Origin: Bdellovibrionales bacterium
Lineage (GTDB): Bacteria > Bdellovibrionota > Bdellovibrionia > Bdellovibrionales > JAUICD01
Length of the DNA stretch: 64,000 bases
Assembly: GCA_965203275.1 (NCBI GenBank)
Contig: OZ241865.1
Location: 2,176,001-2,240,000 of the forward strand
Reading direction: 5' to 3'
Position numbers and translations under genes: made by a program. This document shows positions 31,353-41,682 of the stretch, one piece after another; the stretch's first letter is position 1; the number at the start of each line of letters is the position of its first letter. A model generated the notes under the pieces. That model saw only the letters and a program-made list of their open reading frames with translations. It ran no database searches and was not told the origin of the DNA.

Positions 31353-31635
31353 CAAACTGCAATACTTTCAGATCATCTTAACAATCATTAATCCTTCTTG
31401 ACTTTTTTAAAAGGTATTATAAAATAGATGACCCATCAAAATAGTATAAGGTAAGCCTGACAGCACATCACAAAGACCAAAAAAGCTGATACCATATAAA
31501 AGACTTGACCTTAATGTTGTTTTATGCTAAAATTATTACGTAGCCAGCTTTATCGACATTCAAGTAAAAAATTGTGTTAAAGTCAGACTAAAATCCTGAC
31601 GATATATAAAGGCATAACCAACCAAGGATGACATT

Positions 31636-32076
31636 ATGGAAGCTTTCATTGAAATACTTAATCAGCTAGATGCAATGACCATCTTAGCTATGTTTGGTAT
31701 AGGATATTTTTTTTATACTAAAATCACAAATGCTTTTAATGAACGAATCAACCAATCAGAGAATAACTTAAAGGAACAGATAAATAATTTAAGGGAATTG
31801 GTGAACAAATCAGAAAATAACTTAAGGGAATTGGTAAACCAATCAGAAAAGCACTTAAAGGAATATATAGATGCTAAAATGGAACCTATTCAAGAGCAGG
31901 TATACAATCATATACCTACACAGATGAAAGCCATGGAAGATAAGTTTGATCGAAGATTCGAAATTATGGAAGATAAGTTCGATCGAAAGTTCGATACATT
32001 GTATGGACTCATAGTCGATAAAGACAAAGATAAAGAGGTGAAAAAAGAACATACTAAAAAAGAAAAGCCCGTATGA
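31636..32076 (+). CDS. Array coiled-coil membrane protein 1 (146 aa)
   Basis: MEAFIEIL...TM...NHIPTQ...EDKFDRKF. Confidence 0.88.
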   Translation: MEAFIEILNQLDAMTILAMFGIGYFFYTKITNAFNERINQSENNLKEQINNLRELVNKSENNLRELVNQSEKHLKEYIDAKMEPIQEQVYNHIPTQMKAMEDKFDRRFEIMEDKFDRKFDTLYGLIVDKDKDKEVKKEHTKKEKPV

Positions 32077-32132
32077 TCATCCACATTGATTGGAAACCTT
32101 AACCCTCATAGTATGTTTCCAGTGTTTGTTGC

Positions 32133-32161
32133 TAGACGGGCCTTAGATTATGTTGTATAAT
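32133..32161 (+). promoter_or_regulatory. Putative sigma70 promoter TAGACG-17-TATAAT repeated in each array spacer
   Basis: -10 is TATAAT in the first three spacers and TATGAT in the last three; AAGGAGG RBS downstream. Confidence 0.55.
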
Positions 32162-32226
32162 GATGTACTGTTTAAATGCTTTGTTTTTTTATATTAATCA
32201 GGTGATGTATAACCAAGGAGGATATT

Positions 32227-32625
32227 ATGGAAGCTTTCATTGAAATACTTAATCAGCTAGATGCAATGACCATCTTAGCTATGTTTGGTATAGGATATTT
32301 TTTTTATACTAAAATCACAAATGCTTTTAATGAACGGATCAACCAATCAGAAAAGAACTTAAATGAGCGAATAAACCAATCAGAAAAGCACTTAAAGGAA
32401 TATATAGATGCTAAAATGGAACCTATTCAGGAGCAGGTATACAATCATATACCTACACAGATGAAAGCCATGGAAGATAAGTTTGATCGAAAGTTTGATT
32501 CGAAATTCGAAATTATGGAAGATAAGTTCGATCGAAAATTCGACACATTGTATGGACTTATAGTCAATAAAGACAAAGATAAAGAGGTGAAAAAAGAACA
32601 TACTAAAAAAGAAAAGCCCGTATGA
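32227..32625 (+). CDS. Array coiled-coil membrane protein 2 (132 aa)
   Basis: Paralogue of 31636-32076. Confidence 0.88.
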   Translation: MEAFIEILNQLDAMTILAMFGIGYFFYTKITNAFNERINQSEKNLNERINQSEKHLKEYIDAKMEPIQEQVYNHIPTQMKAMEDKFDRKFDSKFEIMEDKFDRKFDTLYGLIVNKDKDKEVKKEHTKKEKPV

Positions 32626-32776
32626 TCATCCACATTGATTGGAAACCTTAACCCTCATAGTATGTTTCCGGTGTTTGTTGCTAGACGGGCCTTAGATTAT
32701 GTTGTATAATGATATACTGTTTAAATGCTTTGTTTTTTTATATTAATCGGGTGATGGTATCACTAAGGAGGATATT

Positions 32777-33262
32777 ATGGAAGCTTTCATTGAAATACTT
32801 AATCAGCTAGATGCAATGACCATCTTAGCTATGTTTGGTATAGGATATTTTTTTTATACTAAAGTGACAAATTCTTTTAATGAACGGATCAACCAATCAG
32901 AAAATAACTTAAAGGAATGGGTAAATAAATCAGAAAATAACTTAAGGGAATTGGTGAACAAATCAGAAAATAACTTAAGGGAATTGGTAAACCAATCAGA
33001 AAAGAACTTAAATGAACGAATAAACCAATCAGAAAAGCACTTGAAACAATATATAGATGCTAAAATTGAACCTATTCAAGAGCAAGTAAACAATCATATA
33101 CCCACACAGATGAAAACCATGGAGGATAAGTTTGATCGAAGATTCGAAATTATGGAAGATAAGTTTGATCGAAAATTCGACACATTGTATGGACTTATAG
33201 TCAATAAAGACAAAGATAAAGAGGTGAAAAAAGAACATACTAAAAAAGAAAAGCCCTTATGA
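32777..33262 (+). CDS. Array coiled-coil membrane protein 3 (161 aa)
   Basis: Paralogue. Confidence 0.88.
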   Translation: MEAFIEILNQLDAMTILAMFGIGYFFYTKVTNSFNERINQSENNLKEWVNKSENNLRELVNKSENNLRELVNQSEKNLNERINQSEKHLKQYIDAKIEPIQEQVNNHIPTQMKTMEDKFDRRFEIMEDKFDRKFDTLYGLIVNKDKDKEVKKEHTKKEKPL

Positions 33263-33422
33263 TCATCTACATTGATTGGAAACTGTAACCCTATAGTATG
33301 TTTCTGGTGTTTGTTGCTAGACGGGTCTTAGATTATGTTGTATAATGATGTACTGTTTAAATGCTTTGTTTTTTTATATTATTTTATATTAATCGGGTGA
33401 TGGTATCACTAAGGAGGACATT

Positions 33423-33896
33423 ATGGAAGCTTTCATTGAAATACTTAATCAGCTAGATGCAATGACCATCTTAGCTATGTTTGGTATAGGATATTTTTTT
33501 TATACTAAAATCACAAATGCTTTTAATGAACGAATCAACCAATCAGAAAAGAACTTAAAGGAGTTGGTAAATAGCTTAAATGAGCGAATAAACCAATCAG
33601 AAAAGCACTTAAAGGAATATATAGATGCTAAAATGGAACCTATTCAAGAGCAGGTATACAATCATATACCTACACAGATGAAAGCCATGGAAGATAAGTT
33701 TGATCGAAAGTTCAACACCATAGAAGAGAAGTTTAATCGAAAGTTTGACACCATGGAGGATAAGTTTGATCGAAGATTCGAAATTATGGAAGATAAGTTT
33801 GATCGAAAATTCGACACATTGTATGGACTTATAGTCAATAAAGACAAAGATAAAGAGGTGAAAAAAGAACATACTAAAAAAGAAAAGCCCTTATGA
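33423..33896 (+). CDS. Array coiled-coil membrane protein 4 (157 aa)
   Basis: Paralogue. Confidence 0.88.
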   Translation: MEAFIEILNQLDAMTILAMFGIGYFFYTKITNAFNERINQSEKNLKELVNSLNERINQSEKHLKEYIDAKMEPIQEQVYNHIPTQMKAMEDKFDRKFNTIEEKFNRKFDTMEDKFDRRFEIMEDKFDRKFDTLYGLIVNKDKDKEVKKEHTKKEKPL

Positions 33897-34047
33897 TCAT
33901 CCACATTGATTGGAAACCTTAATCCTCATAGTATGTTTCCGGTGTTTGTTGCTAGACGGGCCTTAGATTATGTTGTATGATGATGTACTGTTTAAATGCT
34001 TTGTTTTTTTATATTAATCGGGTGATGGTATCACCAAGGAGGACATT

Positions 34048-34488
34048 ATGGAAGCTTTCATTGAAATACTTAATCAGCTAGATGCAATGACCATCTTAGC
34101 TATGTTTGGTATAGGATATTTTTTTTATACTAAAGTGACAAATGCTTTTAATGAACGGATCAACCAATCAGAAAAGAACTTAAAGGAGTTGGTAAATAGC
34201 TTAAATGAACGAATAAACCAATCAGAAAAGCACTTAAAGGAATATATAGATGCTAAAATGGAACCTATTCAGGAGCAGGTATACAATCATATACCTACAC
34301 AGATGAAAGCCATGGAAGATAAGTTTGATCGAAAGTTTGACACCATGGAAGAGAAGTTTGATCGAAGATTCGAAATTATGGAAGATAAGTTCGATCGAAA
34401 ATTCGACACATTGTATGGACTTATAGTCAATAAAGACAAAGATAAAGAGGTGAAAAAAGAACATACTAAAAAAGAAAAGCCCGTATGA
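34048..34488 (+). CDS. Array coiled-coil membrane protein 5 (146 aa)
   Basis: Paralogue. Confidence 0.88.
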   Translation: MEAFIEILNQLDAMTILAMFGIGYFFYTKVTNAFNERINQSEKNLKELVNSLNERINQSEKHLKEYIDAKMEPIQEQVYNHIPTQMKAMEDKFDRKFDTMEEKFDRRFEIMEDKFDRKFDTLYGLIVNKDKDKEVKKEHTKKEKPV

Positions 34489-34638
34489 TCATCCACATTG
34501 ATTGGAAACCTTAACCCTCATAGTATGTTTCCGGTGTTTGTTGCTAGACGGGCCTTAGATTATGTTGTATGATGATGTACTGTTTAAATGCTTTGTTTTT
34601 TTATATTAATCAGGTGATGTATAACCAAGGAGGATATT

Positions 34639-35157
34639 ATGGAAGCTTTCATTGAAATACTTAATCAGCTAGATGCAATGACCATCTTAGCTATGTTTGG
34701 TATAGGATATTTTTTTTATACTAAAATCACAAATGCTTTTAATGAACGAATCAACCAATCAGAAAATAATTTAAAGGAATGGGTAAATAAATCAGAAAAT
34801 AACTTAAGGGAATTGGTGAACAAATCAGAAAATAACTTAAGGGAATTGGTAAACCAATCAGAAAATAATTTAAGGGAATTGGTGAACAAATCAGAAAATA
34901 GCTTAAGGGAATTGGTGAACAAATCAGAAAATAGCTTAAAACAATATATAGATGCTAAAATTGAACCTATTCAAGAGCAAGTAAACAATCATATACCCAC
35001 ACAGATGAAAACCATGGAGGATAAGTTTGATCGAAAATTCGAAATTATGGAAGATAAGTTCGATCGAAAATTCGACACATTGTATGGACTTATAGTCAAT
35101 AAAGACAAAGATAAAGAGGTGAAAAAAGAACATACTAAAAAAGACAAGCCCTTATGA
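34639..35157 (+). CDS. Array coiled-coil membrane protein 6 (172 aa)
   Basis: Paralogue. Confidence 0.88.
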   Translation: MEAFIEILNQLDAMTILAMFGIGYFFYTKITNAFNERINQSENNLKEWVNKSENNLRELVNKSENNLRELVNQSENNLRELVNKSENSLRELVNKSENSLKQYIDAKIEPIQEQVNNHIPTQMKTMEDKFDRKFEIMEDKFDRKFDTLYGLIVNKDKDKEVKKEHTKKDKPL

Positions 35158-35308
35158 TCATCCACATTGATTGGAAACCTTAACCCTCATAGTATGTTTC
35201 CGGTGTTTGTTGCTAGACGGGCCTTAGATTATGTTGTATGATGATGTACTGTTTAAATGCTTTGTTTTTTTATATTAATCGGGTGATGGTATCACCAAGG
35301 AGGACATT

Positions 35309-35731
35309 ATGGAAGCTTTCATTGAAATACTTAATCAGCTAGATGCAATGACCATCTTAGCTATGTTTGGTATAGGATATTTTTTTTATACTAAAGTGAC
35401 AAATTCTTTTAATGAACGGATCAACCAATCAGAGAACAACTTAAAGGAATGGGTAAATAAATCAGAAAATAACTTAAGGGAACGAATCAACCAATCAGAA
35501 AAGCACTTAAAGGAATATATAGATGCTAAAATTGAACCTATTCAGGAGCAAGTATACAATCATATACCCACACAGATGAAAACCATGGAGGATAAGTTTG
35601 ATCGAAAGTTCGAAATTATGGAAGATAAGTTTGATCGAAAATTCGACACATTGTATGGACTTATAGTCAATAAAGACAAAGATAAAGAGGTGAAAAAAGA
35701 ACATACTAAAGATAAAGAAAAGCCCTTATGA
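35309..35731 (+). CDS. Array coiled-coil membrane protein 7 (140 aa)
   Basis: Paralogue. Confidence 0.88.
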   Translation: MEAFIEILNQLDAMTILAMFGIGYFFYTKVTNSFNERINQSENNLKEWVNKSENNLRERINQSEKHLKEYIDAKIEPIQEQVYNHIPTQMKTMEDKFDRKFEIMEDKFDRKFDTLYGLIVNKDKDKEVKKEHTKDKEKPL

Positions 35732-35935
35732 TCATCCACATTGGAAACCTTTAAGAAAAGCCTATTAAAATAAACGAGAACCCCTCACAAATCGATTGGC
35801 TTCAAGTGAGAAGGTTTCCGATGTAAAGTATCTGAAAGTGTTTTTTGTGGTTTCATGGCACTTTTAATCTTGAAAGAACTTGCAACTTAGAACATGGCTC
35901 TACAAATTGACTTATAACTAATGTGAAAACAATCC

Positions 35936-37753
35936 TTAAATATTTATTTCTTCTATAGAGCCGACTCTTGTTTGATTGTAAAAGTATTTAACAATATCAT
36001 TAGCTGTCCATGGTTGGTCAAGACGCGTTGGAACAGTAGCCTCTGGTGTAGGTCTTCTAGTTTCTGTGCTAGGCCATCCATGTTGAGCTAATTGGACGGC
36101 AGCCAATTGAGGTAAGCCACGACCATGTCCAAAAGCGACCACATCTCCATTGGGTCTTGCTTTCCTTCGTCCATTTGAACAACGATGAGAGGGAATATTT
36201 CTCACCTTCTGCTCTGTCAATGGATCCACATTAGGAAGAGAGCCAGGATCAATAGTTCTAGGACTACCACAGCTATAATATTCTGTTAAAGTCACTTTTG
36301 CACCAGTGAATAAAACTTGTTTTCTTGATTCCATAACTAGATTATAATAATCAGCTCTCTCGCTTTTCATTCCTAAATAGAGCTGACTACTTGTTGTGGG
36401 AAGAACATCCCAAACACGTCCTCGTCTTCGTGCCAAACGGCTTCTATTGACAGCATATGTTCTAGCAACTAAAATTTGAGCTTTGACAGCTTCCTCTGTA
36501 TTTGAGTTTAATTCTGATGGCACAACAGACAATAGATATACATCTAAATCTATGGAGTTAATAATCGACCAATAGTGTTGAGCAAACTGAATACGAAAAC
36601 TTCCTCTAAAAAATCCTGAATAATTGTTCCATTGTACATTTGTTGCACCCAAATCAAAGTAGTTAGAAGATGTACTAGAAGTAATATCTTGTAAAGGCAC
36701 AACAGACACTGCATCTGACTGTAAATAAAAAGTTTTATTTTGATTTTCGTCTAAGACAATGCGATTTGTTGAACAAGATGTTGTTCTATTAGGACAATCA
36801 AAAAACATTTCTACGATATGTGCTTGTCCTAAATTTTCCAATACTTGATTTGACACAGGATTTATTTTTTGTACAGCAAAGCCATTTTTGTTATGGAGTT
36901 TAGCATATTTTCTGTCTTCTCCTTCTACACTAGGGTAATGATCAAGATCATAACGGTTTGTGATTTTATTAGGGAAAAGCTTAACACGGATATGCCCATA
37001 ATCATCCAAAGAAGGATGTTCAATATGATGGATCACAGCTTCTATTTGAGATATTTCTTCTTTTTGAGTTTCTATTTTTTCTTCAAGCTCTGCTTGTCTT
37101 TCTCTCAGGTCTTCTTCTTCTAAGCCTTCTTCTGTTTCTAAGATATTTTCTGTTTCTAAGGTATCTTCTGTTATATCAGAAATCACTTCTACGACTGTTT
37201 CTCCATCGACCTGATCATGATGATCAGGAGCTATATCTGCATTCCTCCTTTCGGCTAAAATTTCATTGATCATTGAAAGTTTATTGAGCAATTCAGGAAG
37301 TCTTGCATTCAATGCTTGTTTTTCTTCTTCTGTTGTACTGTCTAACTGAAGGCTTGCATTGGTATTTTCAATATCTTCTATAAGAGTCTGCATTTGATTT
37401 TCTAAAGCCGTATCATCTAGGGCTTCTAAGGTATTCCTTACATCTTCTGCTTCTGCTTGTTGAGCTATTAAAGCTTCATTGATTTCTTCAAGTTCTCTTT
37501 GAGTTTCTTCATGCTCTCTCTTTTTTTCTTCTAGTTTTTCTTTGTTTTCTCTTTGGATTTGTCGAGGGTCAGCTTGTAAAATACGTCGATCATCTTCTGT
37601 AAAGGTGCCTAGGGGTGTATCATTTTCTATCGTTCCATCAAGAGTATAGCTTTCATTATGGGAAGCAATACAGGATATAGTAGATAAAGCCCATATACAA
37701 GTTAAGCTGACTATGCCGATATATTTTACATATTTCAAAAATTTAAGCTTCAT
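35936..37753 (-). CDS. SpoIID/LytB-domain lytic transglycosylase with N-terminal acidic coiled coil, probable lipoprotein
   Basis: YLLSVVPSEL, EAVKAQILVARTYA, SQLYLG, FGHGRGLPQ. Confidence 0.85.
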   Translation of the reverse strand: MKLKFLKYVKYIGIVSLTCIWALSTISCIASHNESYTLDGTIENDTPLGTFTEDDRRILQADPRQIQRENKEKLEEKKREHEETQRELEEINEALIAQQAEAEDVRNTLEALDDTALENQMQTLIEDIENTNASLQLDSTTEEEKQALNARLPELLNKLSMINEILAERRNADIAPDHHDQVDGETVVEVISDITEDTLETENILETEEGLEEEDLRERQAELEEKIETQKEEISQIEAVIHHIEHPSLDDYGHIRVKLFPNKITNRYDLDHYPSVEGEDRKYAKLHNKNGFAVQKINPVSNQVLENLGQAHIVEMFFDCPNRTTSCSTNRIVLDENQNKTFYLQSDAVSVVPLQDITSSTSSNYFDLGATNVQWNNYSGFFRGSFRIQFAQHYWSIINSIDLDVYLLSVVPSELNSNTEEAVKAQILVARTYAVNRSRLARRRGRVWDVLPTTSSQLYLGMKSERADYYNLVMESRKQVLFTGAKVTLTEYYSCGSPRTIDPGSLPNVDPLTEQKVRNIPSHRCSNGRRKARPNGDVVAFGHGRGLPQLAAVQLAQHGWPSTETRRPTPEATVPTRLDQPWTANDIVKYFYNQTRVGSIEEINI

Positions 37754-37986
37754 CTTTATTCCTTATTTTCTAATTTATTGAAAATTTCACTCAATATTAC
37801 TTCTAAAGAACATTCAAGAATAATGCCAAAGTTAAAAGCTTTGTAAAGTCTATAAAATAACTGTTGAAGGGTTATAGAGGTGACAAAAAACGTCTTATTT
37901 TGCCATTTTTTGTTTCTTTAAGGGGACATTTTGTTAGCTCTACAAAGGAATATATAAGTATTTTTGCCAAACGAACTGAATAAAAA

Positions 37987-38391
37987 TCCGGGATCCGGGA
38001 TCTGGCATCCGGGATCCGGCAACCCGGCAGTCAGGCATCCGAAAAACAAGCAAGGTGAAGCGAATATCTTGTTTCCTTAACATGGTGTCAAGAGAGGAAG
38101 GGATCCTTTCTACTAAAAGTAAACGGACTTTTGAGGCATTGCTCTTTTAATATAATTTTGAAAGCATTTTGTTTCCTTAACATGATGTTAAAAGAGGAAA
38201 GGATCCTTTCTACTAAAAGTGGTCAGGCTTTCTAGGTTGCCAGCAATTGAGAAGGCGATAGCCTTCGGCTGGCAACCAGAAAGTAGCCAGAGGCTATCGA
38301 CCACTTTTAGGGAAACAGAGGCTGGTTCAATTTTAGGGAAACAAACGTGGTCATCGCCAGAAAGTAGCCAGAGGCTAGACCACTTTTAGTG
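37987..38391 (+). repeat. Cluster 2 of the structured element (heptamers, partial unit, full unit 38171-38318, tail fragments)
   Basis: Same head and stems as clusters 1, 3 and 4. Confidence 0.9.
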
Positions 38392-38673
38392 AACCAAATG
38401 ATATTTTTGGAGTTGTTTTTGTAAGACAGTTCTCCAATAGAGAGGATGATAACCTAGCTTACTAGCAGCCATCTTGGCAAAATCTGGTGGAGGGAGTGCT
38501 TGTTCTTGCTCGATCATACTTAAGAAATCATTTGAAATGCCAAGCTTTTTAGCAAGTGCAGATGAAGATATTTGTTCGGACTTTCTCTCAGCCATTAAAA
38601 GATCACCAAATTTTAATGGGCCTAGTTTTTTTGCTAATATTTCTCTGGCTGTTTTATCATCTTTTTTTGTCAT
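38386..38673 (-). CDS. XRE-HTH antitoxin (HigA-like)
   Basis: GPLKFGDLL...LAKKLGISNDFLSMIE; ATGA overlap with the toxin gene. Confidence 0.75.
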   Translation of the reverse strand: MTKKDDKTAREILAKKLGPLKFGDLLMAERKSEQISSSALAKKLGISNDFLSMIEQEQALPPPDFAKMAASKLGYHPLYWRTVLQKQLQKYHLVH

Positions 38674-38945
38674 GAGGACCTCTCTACTTTGAGAATAACA
38701 ATATGATTGATTTGACCTGACTTGCTAGCTTCATAAATAACCCGATAAAGTTTGCCAAAGTAAGCAACTCTTTGCCCATTTTGTTGTCCTTTAAGGGCTG
38801 TGTCATTGTATTTTTTGACCTTTTTTACTTGAGACCAACCAATAGTCTCCATAGCTGTAACCCAAGAGTAAAGCCGTATCAAAATATACTTAGGCAGTCG
38901 ATTGATGATTTTATTGTCTGCAAAAATAATCTTATCCATAAGCAC
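38670..38945 (-). CDS. RelE/HigB-like toxin
   Basis: RLPKYI...YNDTALKGQQNGQR...YRVIY; similar to 11388-11672. Confidence 0.7.
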   Translation of the reverse strand: MLMDKIIFADNKIINRLPKYILIRLYSWVTAMETIGWSQVKKVKKYNDTALKGQQNGQRVAYFGKLYRVIYEASKSGQINHIVILKVERSS

Positions 38946-39128
38946 CTATATACTGTGCTGGCATTAAAACTTATTATAAAACAAAATAATAATTTCTTAT
39001 CAATTAATTATATATAGTTATAAAAATGCAAATAACACTTGTCAACAATTTATTAATGATGTAGTGTGCCATAAAATAAATAAAATAGTTTATTTTGAAA
39101 ATCAAATCAACAGGACAGGAGGTGTCAA

Positions 39129-40001
39129 ATGAAATACTTTATTATAATATTTATCCTTATGCAAGGAGCTTTAGCTCGAGCAGATTTATGTAGCCCTACA
39201 TGGTGGGAGGGCATAACATTTGATGAATTAACAGAATATACTGACGTTGGCCGTCACTTTTTTATGATAAATAGTACATGCCCTGATGGAAATAAACCTA
39301 TCCATTTAGCAGCTATGGCTAATGTACCTTTAAAGTCTATAAATTATTTTTTAAACCAAATAGTTCGATTGCATACTTTTACTAACCTTGCTCAAGAAAA
39401 TAATGACGGTCACACCCTTTCAAGTTTTCTTGCTAATGAAAATCAATGGGTTAGGTTCTATTCGGAGGTTACTGTAGAGATTATAACTTTAAATGATATA
39501 CCTTCATCTGATATGGATTCTTCTCCTTCTATAAATGAAGCACTCATGCAAGAAGTTTGTGATTTGACCTGGTGGGAAAACAGAATACAAAATGAATCTC
39601 AATCGGTGGAATATAATGAATCTCAATTGGTGGAATATCTAGTACAAGATGACCAAGACTTTTTAACACTTTACAATACCTGTGAAGATGGCAACATGCC
39701 TATACATCTAGCAGCTCAAGCAGGTGTATCTTTAATAGTAATGAATGTCTTTTTAGGAAGATCAGTACTCAATCATTTACATGAGGTTCTTTATCAAAAA
39801 AATCATCAAGGTCAAACACCTTCTGATCTTATGACAGAAAACAATTATCAAATAGCTACTTTTGATTTACAATTTTTCTTGGATGTCGAGATGCGTCATC
39901 GTGGACCCTTGTTAAGAGATATTGAACCTGATGATAATGATAATTTTGATGATATTGATGATGATTTTGATTTTCTAAATCCCCTTATCCCTCAACGCTA
40001 G
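39129..40001 (+). CDS. Secreted protein with duplicated ankyrin-like module
   Basis: Signal peptide; twice C..TWWE...TC.DGN.PIHLAA.A...N..G.T. Confidence 0.7.
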   Translation: MKYFIIIFILMQGALARADLCSPTWWEGITFDELTEYTDVGRHFFMINSTCPDGNKPIHLAAMANVPLKSINYFLNQIVRLHTFTNLAQENNDGHTLSSFLANENQWVRFYSEVTVEIITLNDIPSSDMDSSPSINEALMQEVCDLTWWENRIQNESQSVEYNESQLVEYLVQDDQDFLTLYNTCEDGNMPIHLAAQAGVSLIVMNVFLGRSVLNHLHEVLYQKNHQGQTPSDLMTENNYQIATFDLQFFLDVEMRHRGPLLRDIEPDDNDNFDDIDDDFDFLNPLIPQR

Positions 40002-40027
40002 TGAATATTCATGGTATATGAAAGTCA

Positions 40028-41557
40028 ATGCAAAGCCAAAGTATAAGTAAAAGATTACTTTTATTAATTTTAGATGGGGTAGGGCTTTCTAATAAAAAGC
40101 AACACAATGCTCTTTTTTTAGCAAAGACCCCTCATTTTAATACATTCCTTAAAACAGGTTTGCATAGCAGGTTAAAAGCCTCTGGATTGGCCGTAGGGCT
40201 TCCTCCTAAGGTGATGGGCAATTCTGAAGTAGGGCATCTTACAATAGGAAGTGGAAGAATCCTCCTCCAAGATTTACTTCGAATTTCTCAATTTACTCAA
40301 AAGCATTCTTTTGCTGATTTGCCTGATGTTCAAAGAATAAGTCAATTAAATGGGCATTTACATTTATTAGGACTGCTGTCTGATGGTTGCGTACATGCTT
40401 CTTTAGATCATTTAAAATCTTTGATTGTGGATATTTATAAGGCCTTTCCTCAAAAAAAGGTTTCTATTCATATTATCACTGATGGACGTGATACATCTCC
40501 TTATAGTGGGAAGAAATATGCTTTAGAATTAGAAAGTTTTATCACCCCTTTTGACAATGTAAGGATATCAAGTGTGGCAGGACGCTTTTACACTATGGAT
40601 AGAGATAAAAGATGGGACCGCATACAGGTAGCTTATCAAAATATAACAGGTTTATCACATCATAGAGGTTTTTCTCTAGCTTCAGAAGGCATTCAAGCTG
40701 GGTACGATGCAGGGATCAGCGATGAGTTTATCAAGCCATTTCAAATACAAGGTGGACAGTGTATTCAAGAAAAAGATCAATGCATTATTTTTAATTTCAG
40801 GGCAGATAGAGTGCGTCAAATCTCAGAAGCTTTGGCTAATAGTCACTTTGAGGCTTTTAAAAGACCTTTTGTGATGTCTCCACAAAACCTTTTAACTTTT
40901 ACAAAATACAGAGAAGATTTTTTATTTCCTGTGTTATTTTCAAAGGAAGTACCAGAAAATTGTCTTGGAGAAATATTATCAAAGAAGGGTTTAAAACAAT
41001 TAAGAATTGCAGAGACAGAAAAGTATGCCCATGTAACTTATTTTTTCAATGGTGGACGAGAGAGACCTTTTGAGGGGGAAGATCGTATTTTAATTCCTTC
41101 TCTACAAGATGTAGCTACTTACGATCAAAAGCCTCAAATGAGTACCTATGAGATCACAGATCAAATGTTGGCCTGTATGTCTAAATATGATGTGATCATT
41201 GCTAATTTTGCTAATGGGGATATGGTTGGCCATACAGGTAATGAAACGGCGGTTATTAAAGCAGTAGAAGTTATAGATGAATGCTTGGGCCGTATTGTCA
41301 AATATGGCAGAAATTTTCAGTATGATATTTTTATTACATCAGATCACGGCAATTGTGAAGAAATGTTTTGTTCTAAAACGCTTCTGCCTTTAACTCAACA
41401 CACAACAAACCCTGTACCTTTCATTTGGATACCTTCTCGAGATTCACAATCTCGCAAGCTGTTAGATGGGGAGCTTTCTGATATAGCTCCCACAATTTTA
41501 AGTTATTTAGGGTATGAAGTTCCTGAGCAGATGACAGGTCACAATCTTATAGCTTAG
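40028..41557 (+). CDS. gpmI: 2,3-BPG-independent phosphoglycerate mutase
   Basis: LILDG, MGNSEVGH, DGRDT, MDRDKRW, AETEKYAHVT, DMVGH, DHGN. Confidence 0.96.
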   Translation: MQSQSISKRLLLLILDGVGLSNKKQHNALFLAKTPHFNTFLKTGLHSRLKASGLAVGLPPKVMGNSEVGHLTIGSGRILLQDLLRISQFTQKHSFADLPDVQRISQLNGHLHLLGLLSDGCVHASLDHLKSLIVDIYKAFPQKKVSIHIITDGRDTSPYSGKKYALELESFITPFDNVRISSVAGRFYTMDRDKRWDRIQVAYQNITGLSHHRGFSLASEGIQAGYDAGISDEFIKPFQIQGGQCIQEKDQCIIFNFRADRVRQISEALANSHFEAFKRPFVMSPQNLLTFTKYREDFLFPVLFSKEVPENCLGEILSKKGLKQLRIAETEKYAHVTYFFNGGRERPFEGEDRILIPSLQDVATYDQKPQMSTYEITDQMLACMSKYDVIIANFANGDMVGHTGNETAVIKAVEVIDECLGRIVKYGRNFQYDIFITSDHGNCEEMFCSKTLLPLTQHTTNPVPFIWIPSRDSQSRKLLDGELSDIAPTILSYLGYEVPEQMTGHNLIA

Positions 41558-41682
41558 TATATATTTAGGTTATTGAGTACACATTCTTGCTTGACAAAAT
41601 ACCATTCATAATGATCGCAGTAATGAGTGAATTATCCCATAGAAGTATGAATTTTTGAAAGAGTTTGACAAATATAAGGCAC

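Noticed and set aside
31855..35704. Repeated antisense ORFs (MFFFHLFIF..., MDDH...) as type I toxins
   Set aside because: Shadow frames of Lys/Glu/Asp-rich repeat genes; no independent expression signals.
31636..35731. Diversity-generating retroelement or CRISPR-like array
   Set aside because: No reverse transcriptase; differences are in-frame repeat indels and shared SNPs, not adenine-specific changes.
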